Part shown: one piece after another, positions 28,336-38,833 of the stretch
How positions within the stretch are numbered: the first letter of the stretch is position 1
Layout: the number at the start of each line of letters is the position of its first letter
Assembly (NCBI GenBank): GCA_009692825.1
Contig: SHYL01000002.1
Location: 1 to 58,990, forward strand
Reading direction: 5' to 3'
Source: Dehalococcoidia bacterium
GTDB taxonomy: Bacteria > Chloroflexota > Dehalococcoidia > SHYB01 > SHYL01
DNA length: 58,990 nt
Program-made: the position numbers and the translations under genes
Notes under the pieces: generated by a model
What the model was told of the DNA's origin: nothing
Seen by the model: only the letters and a program-made list of their open reading frames with translations
Databases searched by the model: none

Positions 28336-30101
28336 TAAACCGCCTCCATGCTGAACTTCTCCAACGCAGTGTGATGAATTCTGCCCCAGATGAATCTATT
28401 TATCGTCACGACGATCCCAACCAAAATAAGAGTCGCAGCAAGTAACATCGAAAAATCGCCTTTATCAGCAGCCTGAGCGATAGTGGCTCCAAGTCCGGTT
28501 ACCCTATGAGGTGCTTCGTCCTTGAATCGAATATATTCTGCGACTATCGTCGCATTCCACGCGCCGCCGGAAGCAGTGATCAGCCCAGTAATCAAATTAG
28601 GAATGATAGCCGGCAAAACAAGAACTCTCCATTTCTGAAACCCTTTTAGTGAAAATGCATTTGATGCTTCTTTTAAATTCTGCGGAATTAAAGAGGCACC
28701 TGCAATGATATTGAAAAGAAGATACCACTGGGCGGCCATAATCATAAGCAGCACAGCCGCAATGTTAAGCCCAAACGGGAGGTCTACAAGGAATAACAAA
28801 AGGATTGGGAAAAGAGCGGTTGCAGGGATTGAAGCCGTTATCTGTATGAACGGTTGAAACCTCCTGGAAAGTTTCGGACTCGTGCCGACCCATATTCCAA
28901 AAGGCAGTGTCCAGGCCAATGACAGGGCGATAGCTATTGAAACTCTGCTCACTGACGCAAATGCGGCTTTCAGGAGTTCCAGCAAATCAGCCGTTCCCAG
29001 ACTGCTGAGCAGGTTTATCGCCCTGGCTATACCGAACAGCAGCATCAGGATAACAATAAAGATCACTGCCTTGCCGCCTATATTCCTGACTTTTCTTTTT
29101 TCAGCTAAGCCCACTACCAGTTGTTCCGCTTTCAATGCAGGGGCATACAATATCTTGCCAAGCGTATTTACCAGCGGCATACCGATCTTCCGTATGAAAA
29201 TACGTACCATAACGGACCTCTGCCCTAACCGCAGAAGCGGGGATGTAACTTGCTGCTGACTCTCGCCTTCTATTTCCTCAATCTTGAATTTATTCGCCCA
29301 TGTAACCAGCGGCTGCCATATGAAGCGATCCAAGAATATGATGATTAGCACCAGCGTGACGAGTCCGTAAATTACAGCGTCATAGTCTTTGTTTCCGGAT
29401 ACGGTCTGAAGATAAGAACCCAATCCAGGCAACTGGAAAGACCTGTCACCGAGCGTAAACATTTCGCTCGCCATCAGGAAAAACCATCCGCCAGCCCATG
29501 AAATCATGCTGTTCCAGACGAGGCCCATTGTTGCGGCAGGCATTTCAAGATATCGGAAGCGCATCCACCCCGTCAGGTTGAAAGCAAGTGTAGTTTCCTT
29601 CAACTCTCGCGGAATGCCAGTGATGGAATGATAAAGGCTAAAAGTCATGTTCCAGACCTGGCTAGTAAAAATCAAAAGGATCGCAGCCATCTCAATCCCC
29701 AACCTGCTGTTATGGAAAAGCGCGATCATTGCAAGCACAACAACAGGCATAAATGAAAGTAGAGGAATAGACTGCAATATATCCAGCAGAGGGACCATGA
29801 ATTTTGAAGCGCTCTTGTTGTAAGCCGCGGTATATGCATAAGCAAAAGAAAATACGACTGATAATAAATATGCGGCTAGCATTCTGCTAACTGACATGGC
29901 AGCATATAACGGCAGATACTTAGGAGATAGGTTTATCTGGACATGATCACCCAATCCCTGCGTATCCGCTACTGATGCAAAGGAGAATATAGCGTAGATA
30001 ACTATGGCTAAAACCAGAACAAGCACGGCGTCTATCAGCCATGTGGAGTTCGACATCCTTAATTGAATTCTGTTAATCGCCAAAGAGCGTACCAGCCACA
30101 A
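28335..30101 (-). CDS. ABC transporter permease, fused tandem (two BPD-type halves)
   Basis: 588 aa with about 12 predicted TM segments in two similar halves. Its stop overlaps the ATPase start. The true start may be the Met at 30056. Confidence 0.8.
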   Translation of the reverse strand: MWLVRSLAINRIQLRMSNSTWLIDAVLVLVLAIVIYAIFSFASVADTQGLGDHVQINLSPKYLPLYAAMSVSRMLAAYLLSVVFSFAYAYTAAYNKSASKFMVPLLDILQSIPLLSFMPVVVLAMIALFHNSRLGIEMAAILLIFTSQVWNMTFSLYHSITGIPRELKETTLAFNLTGWMRFRYLEMPAATMGLVWNSMISWAGGWFFLMASEMFTLGDRSFQLPGLGSYLQTVSGNKDYDAVIYGLVTLVLIIIFLDRFIWQPLVTWANKFKIEEIEGESQQQVTSPLLRLGQRSVMVRIFIRKIGMPLVNTLGKILYAPALKAEQLVVGLAEKRKVRNIGGKAVIFIVILMLLFGIARAINLLSSLGTADLLELLKAAFASVSRVSIAIALSLAWTLPFGIWVGTSPKLSRRFQPFIQITASIPATALFPILLLFLVDLPFGLNIAAVLLMIMAAQWYLLFNIIAGASLIPQNLKEASNAFSLKGFQKWRVLVLPAIIPNLITGLITASGGAWNATIVAEYIRFKDEAPHRVTGLGATIAQAADKGDFSMLLAATLILVGIVVTINRFIWGRIHHTALEKFSMEAV

Positions 30102-30166
30102 TAAAAATGCGATGCCCTTAAGAGCAGTGAGATTATACTATCGGTGTCATATCATCACATGCACTT

Positions 30167-30877
30167 ATGGAACTTCTCAAGAAATGCGCTGAAAAGCTCG
30201 GCATCATCCTTTCCGCACATCAACTCGACCTTTTTGAAAAGTATTTCAATCAGTTATACGCCTGGAACCAAAAAATAAATCTGACCTCCGTCACCGGATA
30301 TGAGGAAGTCCAGACAACTCACTTTCTTGATTCGCTCACATTACTTATGACCGGCAAAATCAGGCCTGACTTCAGAATTGCGGACATTGGTAGCGGTGCT
30401 GGGCTGCCTGGCATACCATTAAAAATTGCTATGCCAGATATATCTCTTACGCTGATTGAAGCCACTGGCAAAAAGGTGACATTTCTACGAAGCTTAATCG
30501 AAGAATTGGGACTAAAAGATACGGCTGCCATCACCGGACGCGCTGAGGACCTTGCCCACGATCTCCATTACCGAGAAAAATACGACGTTGTGGTCAGTAG
30601 GGCCGTAGCATCACTGCCAGCGCTTAATGAACTCTGCCTGCCATTCTGCAAGATTGGCGGCACATTTATTGCCCCCAAAAAAAGAGAAAAGTTAGAAGAA
30701 GAGCTCGCAGCCTCTACGAACTCTTTGAAGCGTCTCGGTGGACGCTTCGTAAAGATAGAATATGTTGAGGTGCCTGATTTCCTTTCCAGAAGAGCTCTTA
30801 TAGTGATCGATAAGGGATCACTGACGCCGTCAATTTACCCAAGACGTTCGGGAATGCCGCAAAAGAATCCTCTATAA
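30167..30877 (+). CDS. rsmG: 16S rRNA (guanine527-N7)-methyltransferase
   Basis: GidB-like: NLTSV...HFLDSL and DIGSGAGLPGIPLKI SAM motif. Confidence 0.9.
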   Translation: MELLKKCAEKLGIILSAHQLDLFEKYFNQLYAWNQKINLTSVTGYEEVQTTHFLDSLTLLMTGKIRPDFRIADIGSGAGLPGIPLKIAMPDISLTLIEATGKKVTFLRSLIEELGLKDTAAITGRAEDLAHDLHYREKYDVVVSRAVASLPALNELCLPFCKIGGTFIAPKKREKLEEELAASTNSLKRLGGRFVKIEYVEVPDFLSRRALIVIDKGSLTPSIYPRRSGMPQKNPL

Positions 30878-30948
30878 ATTGGAGACCAGAAACGTCCTCA
30901 AATAATCCCATACCGAAGCAAAATGGCACTCCATCGCCGTTTAAGCGG

Positions 30949-31974
30949 TTGCGGAGCGTACCGACGATCGCCTCCTTTGCAGTCGCGCTTGCAGTCATGG
31001 CGTTGATGGTAAAGGGGTTCGGCATCAACCTCGGAGAGACATGGGATGCTGTTAAAAGCGCAAATCCTTACCTCTATGTACTGGCCATTTTCAGCTATTA
31101 CGTAGCCTTCCTGCTCAGGGGGTGGCGATGGCAAATAATGATTCGCAATATTGGAATCAATACCAACGCCGGAGAAAAAGTACCCAGCATCAGAGCGTGT
31201 ACCGAGTTCATCATGCTTGGATGGTTTGGTAATACGCTTGCTGTGGCCCGCCTTGGCGATGCATATCGCAGCTGGCTTCTCAGCCATGAAACCGGAATAG
31301 GGTTTTCCCGCAGCTTTGGGACAATCGTGGCCGAGAGAATGATAGACGTTGCTACGGTTGCGGTTTTGCTTGCGATTTCGATCGCTCTATTCATCGCCGG
31401 CATTAAGTCAGGTGAAAGAAGCTGGATACTCGTAAGCCTAGGTGTTGGACTAGGACTTGTTTTTGCAGCTCTAATCATTCTTTTAGCGATGGTGAAATAT
31501 GGCAAGCGGGTCGCACTAAAGCTTCCAGGCCGGTTTAACGAGATTTACAAGCGAATACATGATGGAACGCTTGGCAGTTTCCGAAGACTCCCGCTTTTGT
31601 TCTCGATCAGTGCCATGCTCTGGATCATTGATTCCCTGAGGCTGCTTCTCGTATTACAGGCTGTAGATGCACATATTGAGATGACCGCAGTCCAAGCGCT
31701 CGCCTTCATTTTGTTCGCGTCGCTTGCCCAATCAGTGCTCACAGCGATACCTTTTACGCCAGGCGGCCTCGGGTTTGTTGAGGCCGGGTTCACAGGCATA
31801 TTGGCTCCCGTTTTAAGCAGCGCTTCGTTGGCAACAGCGATAACTATTCTTGAGCGCTCTATAACCTACGCAAGTGTCGTAGTATTTGGCGGCATCCTGT
31901 TCATAAGCAGACAGATCTTCAAGCGAGGAACGTCACAATTAGCTCAGCCATCCGTAGTTAAAGACAGCAGTTAA
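30949..31974 (+). CDS. UPF0104 / lysylphosphatidylglycerol-synthase-TM-region (flippase-like) membrane protein
   Basis: Multi-TM protein with LLRGWRWQIM and LAVARLGDAYRSWLL motifs typical of the family. Confidence 0.75.
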   Translation: MRSVPTIASFAVALAVMALMVKGFGINLGETWDAVKSANPYLYVLAIFSYYVAFLLRGWRWQIMIRNIGINTNAGEKVPSIRACTEFIMLGWFGNTLAVARLGDAYRSWLLSHETGIGFSRSFGTIVAERMIDVATVAVLLAISIALFIAGIKSGERSWILVSLGVGLGLVFAALIILLAMVKYGKRVALKLPGRFNEIYKRIHDGTLGSFRRLPLLFSISAMLWIIDSLRLLLVLQAVDAHIEMTAVQALAFILFASLAQSVLTAIPFTPGGLGFVEAGFTGILAPVLSSASLATAITILERSITYASVVVFGGILFISRQIFKRGTSQLAQPSVVKDSS

Positions 31975-32606
31975 GCCGCAGATATTGGGCATTCTTTAGA
32001 CAAGAGACAAAAGTCTGGAACCTGCGAAGGCTTTTTTATATTCAAGGAAACTCCGGCGTCGCGCAACATTTCACCCAGAGTGCACAAAGGCAAACCTACC
32101 ACATTAAAGTAACATCCGGTGATTCGTTTTGCTGGATGAAATTGCGGTTGCTGAATAGCATAGGCACCAGCTTTATCCATCGGATCACCAGTGGCAACAT
32201 AACTTTCCATTTCAGCCGTGCTATAGTCGCGAAACTCAAGCTCAGTTTGAGTAGCTTTAGCCGCTAATTTACCGTTAGCATTAACAATGGCTACCCCCGT
32301 GATAACCGAATGCGACCGATTTCTTAGAGCTGTAAGTATACGAATCGCGTCTTGGGCATCTTTTGGTTTGCCGAGGATTTTATTTTCAAGTACGACGATA
32401 GTATCGGCACCGATAGTTACTTTCTTATGCGAATCGAAAACGGATCGAGCTTTTTCAGAGGCTAAGCGTATTACCGTATTCCTGGGCTCTTCTCCGTCGA
32501 TAAGTTTCTCATCAACATTTGAAGGTATCACCTTGAAATCAGGAAGCAGATATTTGAGAAGCTCCAAGCGCCTTGGTGAAGCAGAGGCCAGAACTATTTC
32601 ACTCAA
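31971..32606 (-). CDS. maf: Maf-like nucleoside triphosphate pyrophosphatase
   Basis: IVLASASPRRLELL N-terminus and a Maf fold pattern. Confidence 0.9.
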   Translation of the reverse strand: MSEIVLASASPRRLELLKYLLPDFKVIPSNVDEKLIDGEEPRNTVIRLASEKARSVFDSHKKVTIGADTIVVLENKILGKPKDAQDAIRILTALRNRSHSVITGVAIVNANGKLAAKATQTELEFRDYSTAEMESYVATGDPMDKAGAYAIQQPQFHPAKRITGCYFNVVGLPLCTLGEMLRDAGVSLNIKKPSQVPDFCLLSKECPISAA

Positions 32607-33806
32607 CTAGGCGCCCTTCCATGAAAGGCTGGCGATACATTCGATGTGGTAGGTGTGAGGAAACAGGTCTACCGGCTGGACCCGCTCTAACAGGTATCCT
32701 CCGCTTGTCAAGAGCCTAAGGTCTCTCGCAAGCGATTTTGGATCACACGATACGTAGGCTAGCCTGGGCACGGCAAACTGTAAAAGAGCAGCAATCGTAC
32801 CCGGCGCACACCCAACGCGCGATGGGTCCACAATGATGGCGTCTGGCTTAACTGAAAGCTGACCGAGCACGTCTTCTGTCTTACCTTCGATAAGTTTTAC
32901 GTTATCGACGCCGTGTATATTCTCGCATGCATCTTTTATGGCCGACGCTGATTCTTCTATCGCAATAACTTGCCCGGAGAAAGGAGCCAGAAGCACTGCA
33001 AACGTACCGACGCCGGCATAAGCATCCACCAACACATCCCTATCTGTAAGCCTCAGCGACTGCCTGAGTAAACCAATCATTTTCTCAGCTTGTTTTGTAT
33101 TGACCTGGAAGAAGGATGGAGAACCAATACGGAAATTATTGCCCAGTAGTGATTCGTGATAATAAATCTGGCCCGATTCAACATTTATTTCATCGCTTTT
33201 CATGGGAGGTTGAATCAACCATGACCCGGTGGCGGTGCCGTAGCGCAGGGAGAGCTGTGTTGTCTCCGAGCATTTGCCCTGCAGCTTCAAGAGCGAGTCG
33301 TTAATCCACGGGTGCATAAGGTCACAGTGATCGATCTGCACGAAACGATGGCTGAACCGGTTTGTAAACCCCAGAACACCTTTTCGGACTGTGAACCTGG
33401 CATGGTTGCGGTACTCCCACGGGTCATCACAATCTATCGTTTCTGCTAAGACATCAGTAGACAATCCAGCTTCCTTAAGCGCTGAAGCCACGAATCCCAT
33501 TTTTATTGCCAGCTGATGCTGATAATCTACGTGTTGCAGCTGGCATCCGCTGCACGGTCCATAGTACTGACATCTGGGTTCTTCACGGTATTTAGACGGC
33601 TCTACCACTTTAATAACGTGGCCATTCCGCTGACCATCTCTATGCGTATAAACTTCCGCTATAACAGTCTCCCCCGGGAGACCTTTCGATATGAGGGCGT
33701 GATGCCCATCAAAATGCGCGACACATTCGCCGCTAGGGGTCATCTCTTCCAGAATCAACTGGAGTGTTTCTGGGGGTGCAGGCTGGTATTTCTGTTTTGT
33801 AGGCAT
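32607..33806 (-). CDS. 23S rRNA (uracil-5)-methyltransferase RumA/RlmD-type (TRAM + Fe-S + SAM MTase)
   Basis: Cys cluster CQYYGPCSGCQLQH, SAM motif DAYAGVGTFA, and DPSRVGC. Confidence 0.85.
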   Translation of the reverse strand: MPTKQKYQPAPPETLQLILEEMTPSGECVAHFDGHHALISKGLPGETVIAEVYTHRDGQRNGHVIKVVEPSKYREEPRCQYYGPCSGCQLQHVDYQHQLAIKMGFVASALKEAGLSTDVLAETIDCDDPWEYRNHARFTVRKGVLGFTNRFSHRFVQIDHCDLMHPWINDSLLKLQGKCSETTQLSLRYGTATGSWLIQPPMKSDEINVESGQIYYHESLLGNNFRIGSPSFFQVNTKQAEKMIGLLRQSLRLTDRDVLVDAYAGVGTFAVLLAPFSGQVIAIEESASAIKDACENIHGVDNVKLIEGKTEDVLGQLSVKPDAIIVDPSRVGCAPGTIAALLQFAVPRLAYVSCDPKSLARDLRLLTSGGYLLERVQPVDLFPHTYHIECIASLSWKGA

Positions 33807-33875
33807 GTTGTTAATTCTACGGCAACATCAGTTTATTGACACATTCAGTGCGTCTAACTAAACTTCATTCCAGTC

Positions 33876-35168
33876 ATGGCATCACTGCACAAAAGTCTCG
33901 CAGCCTACATTACCAGCCATTACCTGGCGGCGCTGGAATACCGCGATTACAGGCAGATGTGGGTAGCCAACGTTTCCGCCCAGTCCGCCGCGTGGGCGCT
34001 CATAGTCGCACGTGGGTGGGTTGTCTACGACATGACGCATTCATCGATGGATGTGGGCATCGTAACGTTCGCGGCCATGGGGCCTCTTCTGGCCGTCCCG
34101 CCGATAGCCGGGGTGTTGGCGGACCGATTCGATAGGCGAACGATTTTAGGCTGGACGTATGCGATAAACCTTTTCCATAACCTCATTCTCGCTTTGCTGG
34201 TAGCCTTTGGCTCGATTCAGATGTGGCACATAATTGTGCTTTCTATCGTAAACGGCACAGCAAGAGCAGCACAGATGAGCACCGCGCAAGCACTTGCAGC
34301 AAACCTGGTGCCAAAAGAACAATTGCTTAACGCCCTGTCTCTAAACGCTGCCACACAGCACGCCTCACGACTCATAGGCCCCGGTCTCGTATCACCGCTA
34401 TTATCCTTTATAGGAGCGGCTCCTGCCTTCTTCATGTGCACTGTTCTTTATGGAGTGGGTTGGATACAAATAATGAAGATAAAAACTAAATCTGTAGGCG
34501 GAATAAGAAAGGGGGAGGGTTACGTAGAGAGCTTCGTACAGGGCATTAAATACGCATGGAGCCAAACCTACATCCGCATGATACTGGTGATGGTTTTCTT
34601 CCACTGCGGCCTCACTATGGCTTTCGAATCATTGCTTCCGCATTATGCAGAGCACCAGCTTCAAAGCGGCGCAGGTTCTTTTGGAACATTGATGACGGGA
34701 ATAGGTGCGGGTTCTCTCGTAGGCAGTATTTTTATAGGCGGCATTCAGAACAGCATTTCGAGAGGCAGGCTATACCTGATAACTGGCCTGTTAAGCGGCC
34801 TCGGCCAGGTAATGCTGATGTTATCTCACAACATGGCCATGGCAATGGTGGCGGTGATAATCATGGGCGGCTCGCAGGCAGCATTCATGACGCTAGGACA
34901 GGCGGTCACTCAGGCGCTCGCGGCTGATGAATACAGAGGACGGGTGGCAAGCATAAACACGCTAAGTTTCGGCGGAATAATGGCGATTATGAATCTGGTA
35001 TACGCGAGCCTTGCGGGATACTACAATCCGGGCGCGGTCCTTGCAGTAGGCGGTCTGGCGTTCACAGCAATAATGCTTGTGAGTGTTTTCAATTCCTTCA
35101 CGCGCAAGGTTTATATAACCGGCATTCCGACAGATCTATCCACAAAACCACAACCGGTCAGGGCGTAG
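33876..35168 (+). CDS. MFS transporter
   Basis: 430 aa with about 12 TM segments and the GVLADRFDRR loop motif. It ends with a TAG stop. Confidence 0.85.
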   Translation: MASLHKSLAAYITSHYLAALEYRDYRQMWVANVSAQSAAWALIVARGWVVYDMTHSSMDVGIVTFAAMGPLLAVPPIAGVLADRFDRRTILGWTYAINLFHNLILALLVAFGSIQMWHIIVLSIVNGTARAAQMSTAQALAANLVPKEQLLNALSLNAATQHASRLIGPGLVSPLLSFIGAAPAFFMCTVLYGVGWIQIMKIKTKSVGGIRKGEGYVESFVQGIKYAWSQTYIRMILVMVFFHCGLTMAFESLLPHYAEHQLQSGAGSFGTLMTGIGAGSLVGSIFIGGIQNSISRGRLYLITGLLSGLGQVMLMLSHNMAMAMVAVIIMGGSQAAFMTLGQAVTQALAADEYRGRVASINTLSFGGIMAIMNLVYASLAGYYNPGAVLAVGGLAFTAIMLVSVFNSFTRKVYITGIPTDLSTKPQPVRA

Positions 35169-35178
35169 CTCCCCTACT

Positions 35179-36507
35179 TTAGCTTATAACGTCCGTGCGC
35201 ATAAGGTCAGCATACGTTTCACGCCTGCGTATAAGTCGGGACTTTCCCTTGCTCACCAGTACGATAGGCGGCTTTAGGCTGGCGTTATAGTTGCTGGCCA
35301 TCGAGAGACAGTAAGCACCGCTTGCGGGAATCGCGATTACATCCCCAGGCATCAGCTTGGGCAAGGTAATGTCTTTGATCAAAATATCGCCAGATTCGCA
35401 GTATTTGCCAGCGATCGTGACCTTTTCCTGTTCCTCTTTACTCGCATTCACACGGTTAGCAACAAGCGCTTCGTACAGGCTGCCGTAAATCGCAGGCCTG
35501 ATGTTATCGCCCATCCCGCCATCGACAGCCACATATTTACGGACGCCCGGTATGCTCTTAGAGGAGCCGACTGTATATAGAGCCACGCCTGACCTGCCGA
35601 CCATTGCCCGCCCTGGCTCGATTACCAGCTTGGGAAGCTTAAGCCCAAGCTTCTTGCAAATGCTTTGGACTGCTACAGTTATCGTCTTAGCGTATTGAGA
35701 GACTAGCGGGATTGGGGCATTTGAAAGGTACTGGATAGCGAATCCACCGCCAGGGCTGAATTCTTCAAACTTCAATCCGTGCTTCTTCTTCATGGCCGCC
35801 ACAAATTCAAGCGCTACCTTCACTCCAAGCTCATACGGCTCGTGCTCATATATTGGGGACCCAAGATGCATATGTACGCCAATAAGGTTCAGGTTGGATG
35901 ATTTCACTGCCCTGCGCACCGCTTCTTCCGCATCGCCAGTCTGAACAGGAAAACCAAACTTGCTATCGAGGATGCCGGTGGTCGTTTTCACATGTGTATG
36001 CGGATCAACGCCTGGCGAAATTCGGAGGAGTATCGCTTGCTTAATCTTTTTGCGCTTCGCTATCTGATTCAACATCTCGAGCTCATGAAAATTATCTACG
36101 ACGACTCTGCCGATCTTGTAATCGCAGGCCATTTCAAGCTCGGCCGCTTCTTTGTTGTTGCCGTGAAAATACACACGTTCGAGTGGGAAACCTGCCGCTT
36201 TAGCGATCGCCAGCTCTCCGCCGGATACCACATCTATTCCAAGGCCCTCTTCAGCAAAAAGCTTTGCCAGAGGTCTGTTTATGTAGGCTTTGCTCGCATA
36301 AAGAACCGTGGTATCAGGGTACAAACGCTTGAATTCCTTCTGAAATTCGCGCGCTTTATTCCTTAGGGAATCCTCGTCGAAAATATAGAGGGGGGATTCG
36401 TATTTCTTGAGAAGGTCAGTCGCTTTTATCCCGCCGATCACTAAATGGTTGGCCGCGTCTACCGTGGTTCCCTTAGGAAAAATAGGCAGCACTTCTTTTA
36501 CACCCAT
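35179..36507 (-). CDS. lysA: Diaminopimelate decarboxylase
   Basis: Orn/DAP/Arg decarboxylase family 2 layout. Motifs include YASKAY, SGGEL and CESGD. Confidence 0.95.
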   Translation of the reverse strand: MGVKEVLPIFPKGTTVDAANHLVIGGIKATDLLKKYESPLYIFDEDSLRNKAREFQKEFKRLYPDTTVLYASKAYINRPLAKLFAEEGLGIDVVSGGELAIAKAAGFPLERVYFHGNNKEAAELEMACDYKIGRVVVDNFHELEMLNQIAKRKKIKQAILLRISPGVDPHTHVKTTTGILDSKFGFPVQTGDAEEAVRRAVKSSNLNLIGVHMHLGSPIYEHEPYELGVKVALEFVAAMKKKHGLKFEEFSPGGGFAIQYLSNAPIPLVSQYAKTITVAVQSICKKLGLKLPKLVIEPGRAMVGRSGVALYTVGSSKSIPGVRKYVAVDGGMGDNIRPAIYGSLYEALVANRVNASKEEQEKVTIAGKYCESGDILIKDITLPKLMPGDVIAIPASGAYCLSMASNYNASLKPPIVLVSKGKSRLIRRRETYADLMRTDVIS

Positions 36508-36594
36508 ACAGACCTCCAGAAAAAGATAAAAAGATGATGGAGTCTAACACGCTGGAGAAGAGCAAATAGCTTGAGCACTGGAACTAAAGCAGAA

Positions 36595-36915
36595 CTATTT
36601 AGCTGTGGCTTTGCGAGCGCCCGCCTTTGCAACTGACGCCGGATGATTGCTCTTGACCGCTTCATTAAGCCTGCGGGTTATGCGTGACTTGCGGCGTGCT
36701 GCATTATTCATGTGAATGATGCCTTTTTGAGCCGCTGTATCAAGAAGATTAATAACTTTGGGGAGATATGTCTTCGCTTCATCAACTTTGCCAGTGCTGA
36801 GCAATCGATTGAACCTGTTCAGGTGCGTCCTGACAGACGTTTGAATAGGCTTATTTCTTTCTCTTTTCGCCTCAGATGACCTGTGCGACCTGGCTGCTGA
36901 TGCTTGGCTTCCCAA
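36595..36915 (-). CDS. rpsT: 30S ribosomal protein S20
   Basis: S20-like basic protein (SAARSHRSSEAKRERNKPIQTSVRTHLNRF...). TTG start after GGAGGA. Confidence 0.9.
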   Translation of the reverse strand: MGSQASAARSHRSSEAKRERNKPIQTSVRTHLNRFNRLLSTGKVDEAKTYLPKVINLLDTAAQKGIIHMNNAARRKSRITRRLNEAVKSNHPASVAKAGARKATAK

Positions 36916-36977
36916 ATTGTCCTCCGCTTAAAAATTAGACGCGCAGATTATAGCATGCGGGATGTGAGTTGCATTTA

Positions 36978-37685
36978 TTATGTAAGCAGTTCATTCGCCC
37001 GTTTGGATTCCACGCGGCCGTCTTCCATCCACAAAATGCGGTCAGCGGTGCTGAACAATCGTACGTCATGACTGGCAACAAGTACGCCGCGCCCCTCTGA
37101 TCTGGTCAGCTCCTTGAGTTCCAGCATGACCTCACGTCCTGTCTTGGAATCAAGACTTCCTGTTGGCTCATCGGCCAGAATCAACTTCGGGTTATTCGCA
37201 AGTGCTCGGGCTATCGCCACGCGCTGGCGTTCTCCAATGGACATCTGCGAAGGCGGGTTGTTAACCCTGTGGCCCAGGTGGAACCTCGTCAATAGCTCTG
37301 TAGCACGCCGGCTGACCACCTCCGTATTCGCATGCGCAAGCTCCATTACCAGCTTCACGTTTTCGAAAGCGGTTAGGCTTGAGATTAAATTCGAGTCCTG
37401 GAAGATAAAGCCAAACGTGCGGAGCCTCATCTCTGCCAGCTCTTTCAAAGACAACGCTGCCATATCTTTGCCTGCCATGAAGAGAGTGCCCGATGTTGGC
37501 CGCAAAAGTGTGCCTACAATCGATAACAAGGTGGTTTTCCCAGATCCTGACGGGCCTGACAACAATACCATCTCGCCAGGCATTACCTTCAGGCTTACCT
37601 GGTTCACAGCCCTAACGGTAAGCTTGCCCGATCCATAGTCTTTGCTTACCAAGGTCAATTCTATTAGTGGAGTGTTTTGGTTCAT
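36978..37685 (-). CDS. ABC transporter ATP-binding protein (MacB/LolD-type exporter ATPase)
   Basis: The Walker A motif is GPSGSGKTT, the ABC signature is MSIGERQR and the Walker B motif is LADEPTGSLD. Confidence 0.9.
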   Translation of the reverse strand: MNQNTPLIELTLVSKDYGSGKLTVRAVNQVSLKVMPGEMVLLSGPSGSGKTTLLSIVGTLLRPTSGTLFMAGKDMAALSLKELAEMRLRTFGFIFQDSNLISSLTAFENVKLVMELAHANTEVVSRRATELLTRFHLGHRVNNPPSQMSIGERQRVAIARALANNPKLILADEPTGSLDSKTGREVMLELKELTRSEGRGVLVASHDVRLFSTADRILWMEDGRVESKRANELLT

Positions 37686-38827
37686 CAGTTGGCCTTAAAG
37701 ACCACTGCTGGGTCGATTCTATTGATGCGCGAGATCGGAAGGTACGATGCCAGTACACACATGAATCCTACAGCCAACGCAGTGCCAGTCATTTCGACCC
37801 ACGAAATGTCCATTACAAACTGCGGGATGTATAGCTCGACAGCCCAGCTTATTAGATATACAAGGCCTACGCCAAGGAAATACCCGAGAGCCCCGGATAT
37901 CAACGATTGTTGAAATACCGTGCTGTACAAAAACATGCCGGGAGCACCTAGGGCTTTGATGATTCCAAACTCCCGTGCCCTCTCGATCGTTGCGCTATAA
38001 ATAGTGATTGCAACTACGGCCGAACCTATGCAAAATCCGATTATGGTCAGGACAAAAATAATCGGCAGAAAACTCTTCTCAACGAGCTCTTTGTTGTTTT
38101 TTATCACCGTGGTAGCTAGCAGAGCTTCTGCTCCAATGTGTTTTTCGTTTATGGTATCCATTACGGACTGAGCTTTACCCGCTTCTGTATTCACTAGGAA
38201 AAAGTTGACCATCCCTTCAGGAACAAGCGTTTTAGCTGCTTCTCCATATGAGAAAAATGAATATTGAAGTAAAAAAACGTTACCCCCGGAAGATATGCCA
38301 ACAACTTTATGCGGCTCCCCCAGCACTCCTACAGTATCGCCAACGTATATGTGGTTAATCTTTGCGAACACTTCGTCTACGATGATTTCACCTTCCGCAG
38401 GGAACCGCTTACCGCTGACCATATTTATCGGCCCTGCCACGGTGTGGTTTTCATCAAACCCCACAAGAAAAGTGGCTACAGCCTTGCCTCCGATATCGAA
38501 AGAGGAACGCCTTCCATAAAACGGTGTTACTTTCGATACTCCCGGAATCGAGAGCAGGTCTGTTTCCGCCGAGGCAGGGAGGAATGAAGCTGTGCCAGTA
38601 AAATCTGACGCTCCTGGCTGAGCTACCCATACCTCAACCCCAACTTTTTCAACGTACAGTGCCAGAAGGTGATTAACGCCCTGATAAAGCCCAATCAAAA
38701 GCAGGATGAGTGTAGTGGAGAACGCAACACCACCTACCGAAATGAGAAGGCGAACTTTATCCTGCAGCAGGTTCTTACGGGCTAGCGAGATTCGTTTAGG
38801 AAAGAAAAAAGCCAGGGGCGAAGCCAA
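37685..38827 (-). CDS. ABC transporter permease, FtsX/MacB-like
   Basis: 380 aa with an N-terminal TM helix, a periplasmic domain and a C-terminal FtsX-type 3-TM bundle. Its stop overlaps the ATPase start. Confidence 0.85.
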   Translation of the reverse strand: MASPLAFFFPKRISLARKNLLQDKVRLLISVGGVAFSTTLILLLIGLYQGVNHLLALYVEKVGVEVWVAQPGASDFTGTASFLPASAETDLLSIPGVSKVTPFYGRRSSFDIGGKAVATFLVGFDENHTVAGPINMVSGKRFPAEGEIIVDEVFAKINHIYVGDTVGVLGEPHKVVGISSGGNVFLLQYSFFSYGEAAKTLVPEGMVNFFLVNTEAGKAQSVMDTINEKHIGAEALLATTVIKNNKELVEKSFLPIIFVLTIIGFCIGSAVVAITIYSATIERAREFGIIKALGAPGMFLYSTVFQQSLISGALGYFLGVGLVYLISWAVELYIPQFVMDISWVEMTGTALAVGFMCVLASYLPISRINRIDPAVVFKAN

Positions 38828-38833
38828 TAGATG

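Noticed and set aside
36947-36952. Perfect TATAAT (minus strand) upstream of rpsT as a promoter
   Set aside because: No acceptable -35 hexamer lies at 16-18 nt spacing (best match 3/6). It may still be functional but is not supportable from sequence alone.
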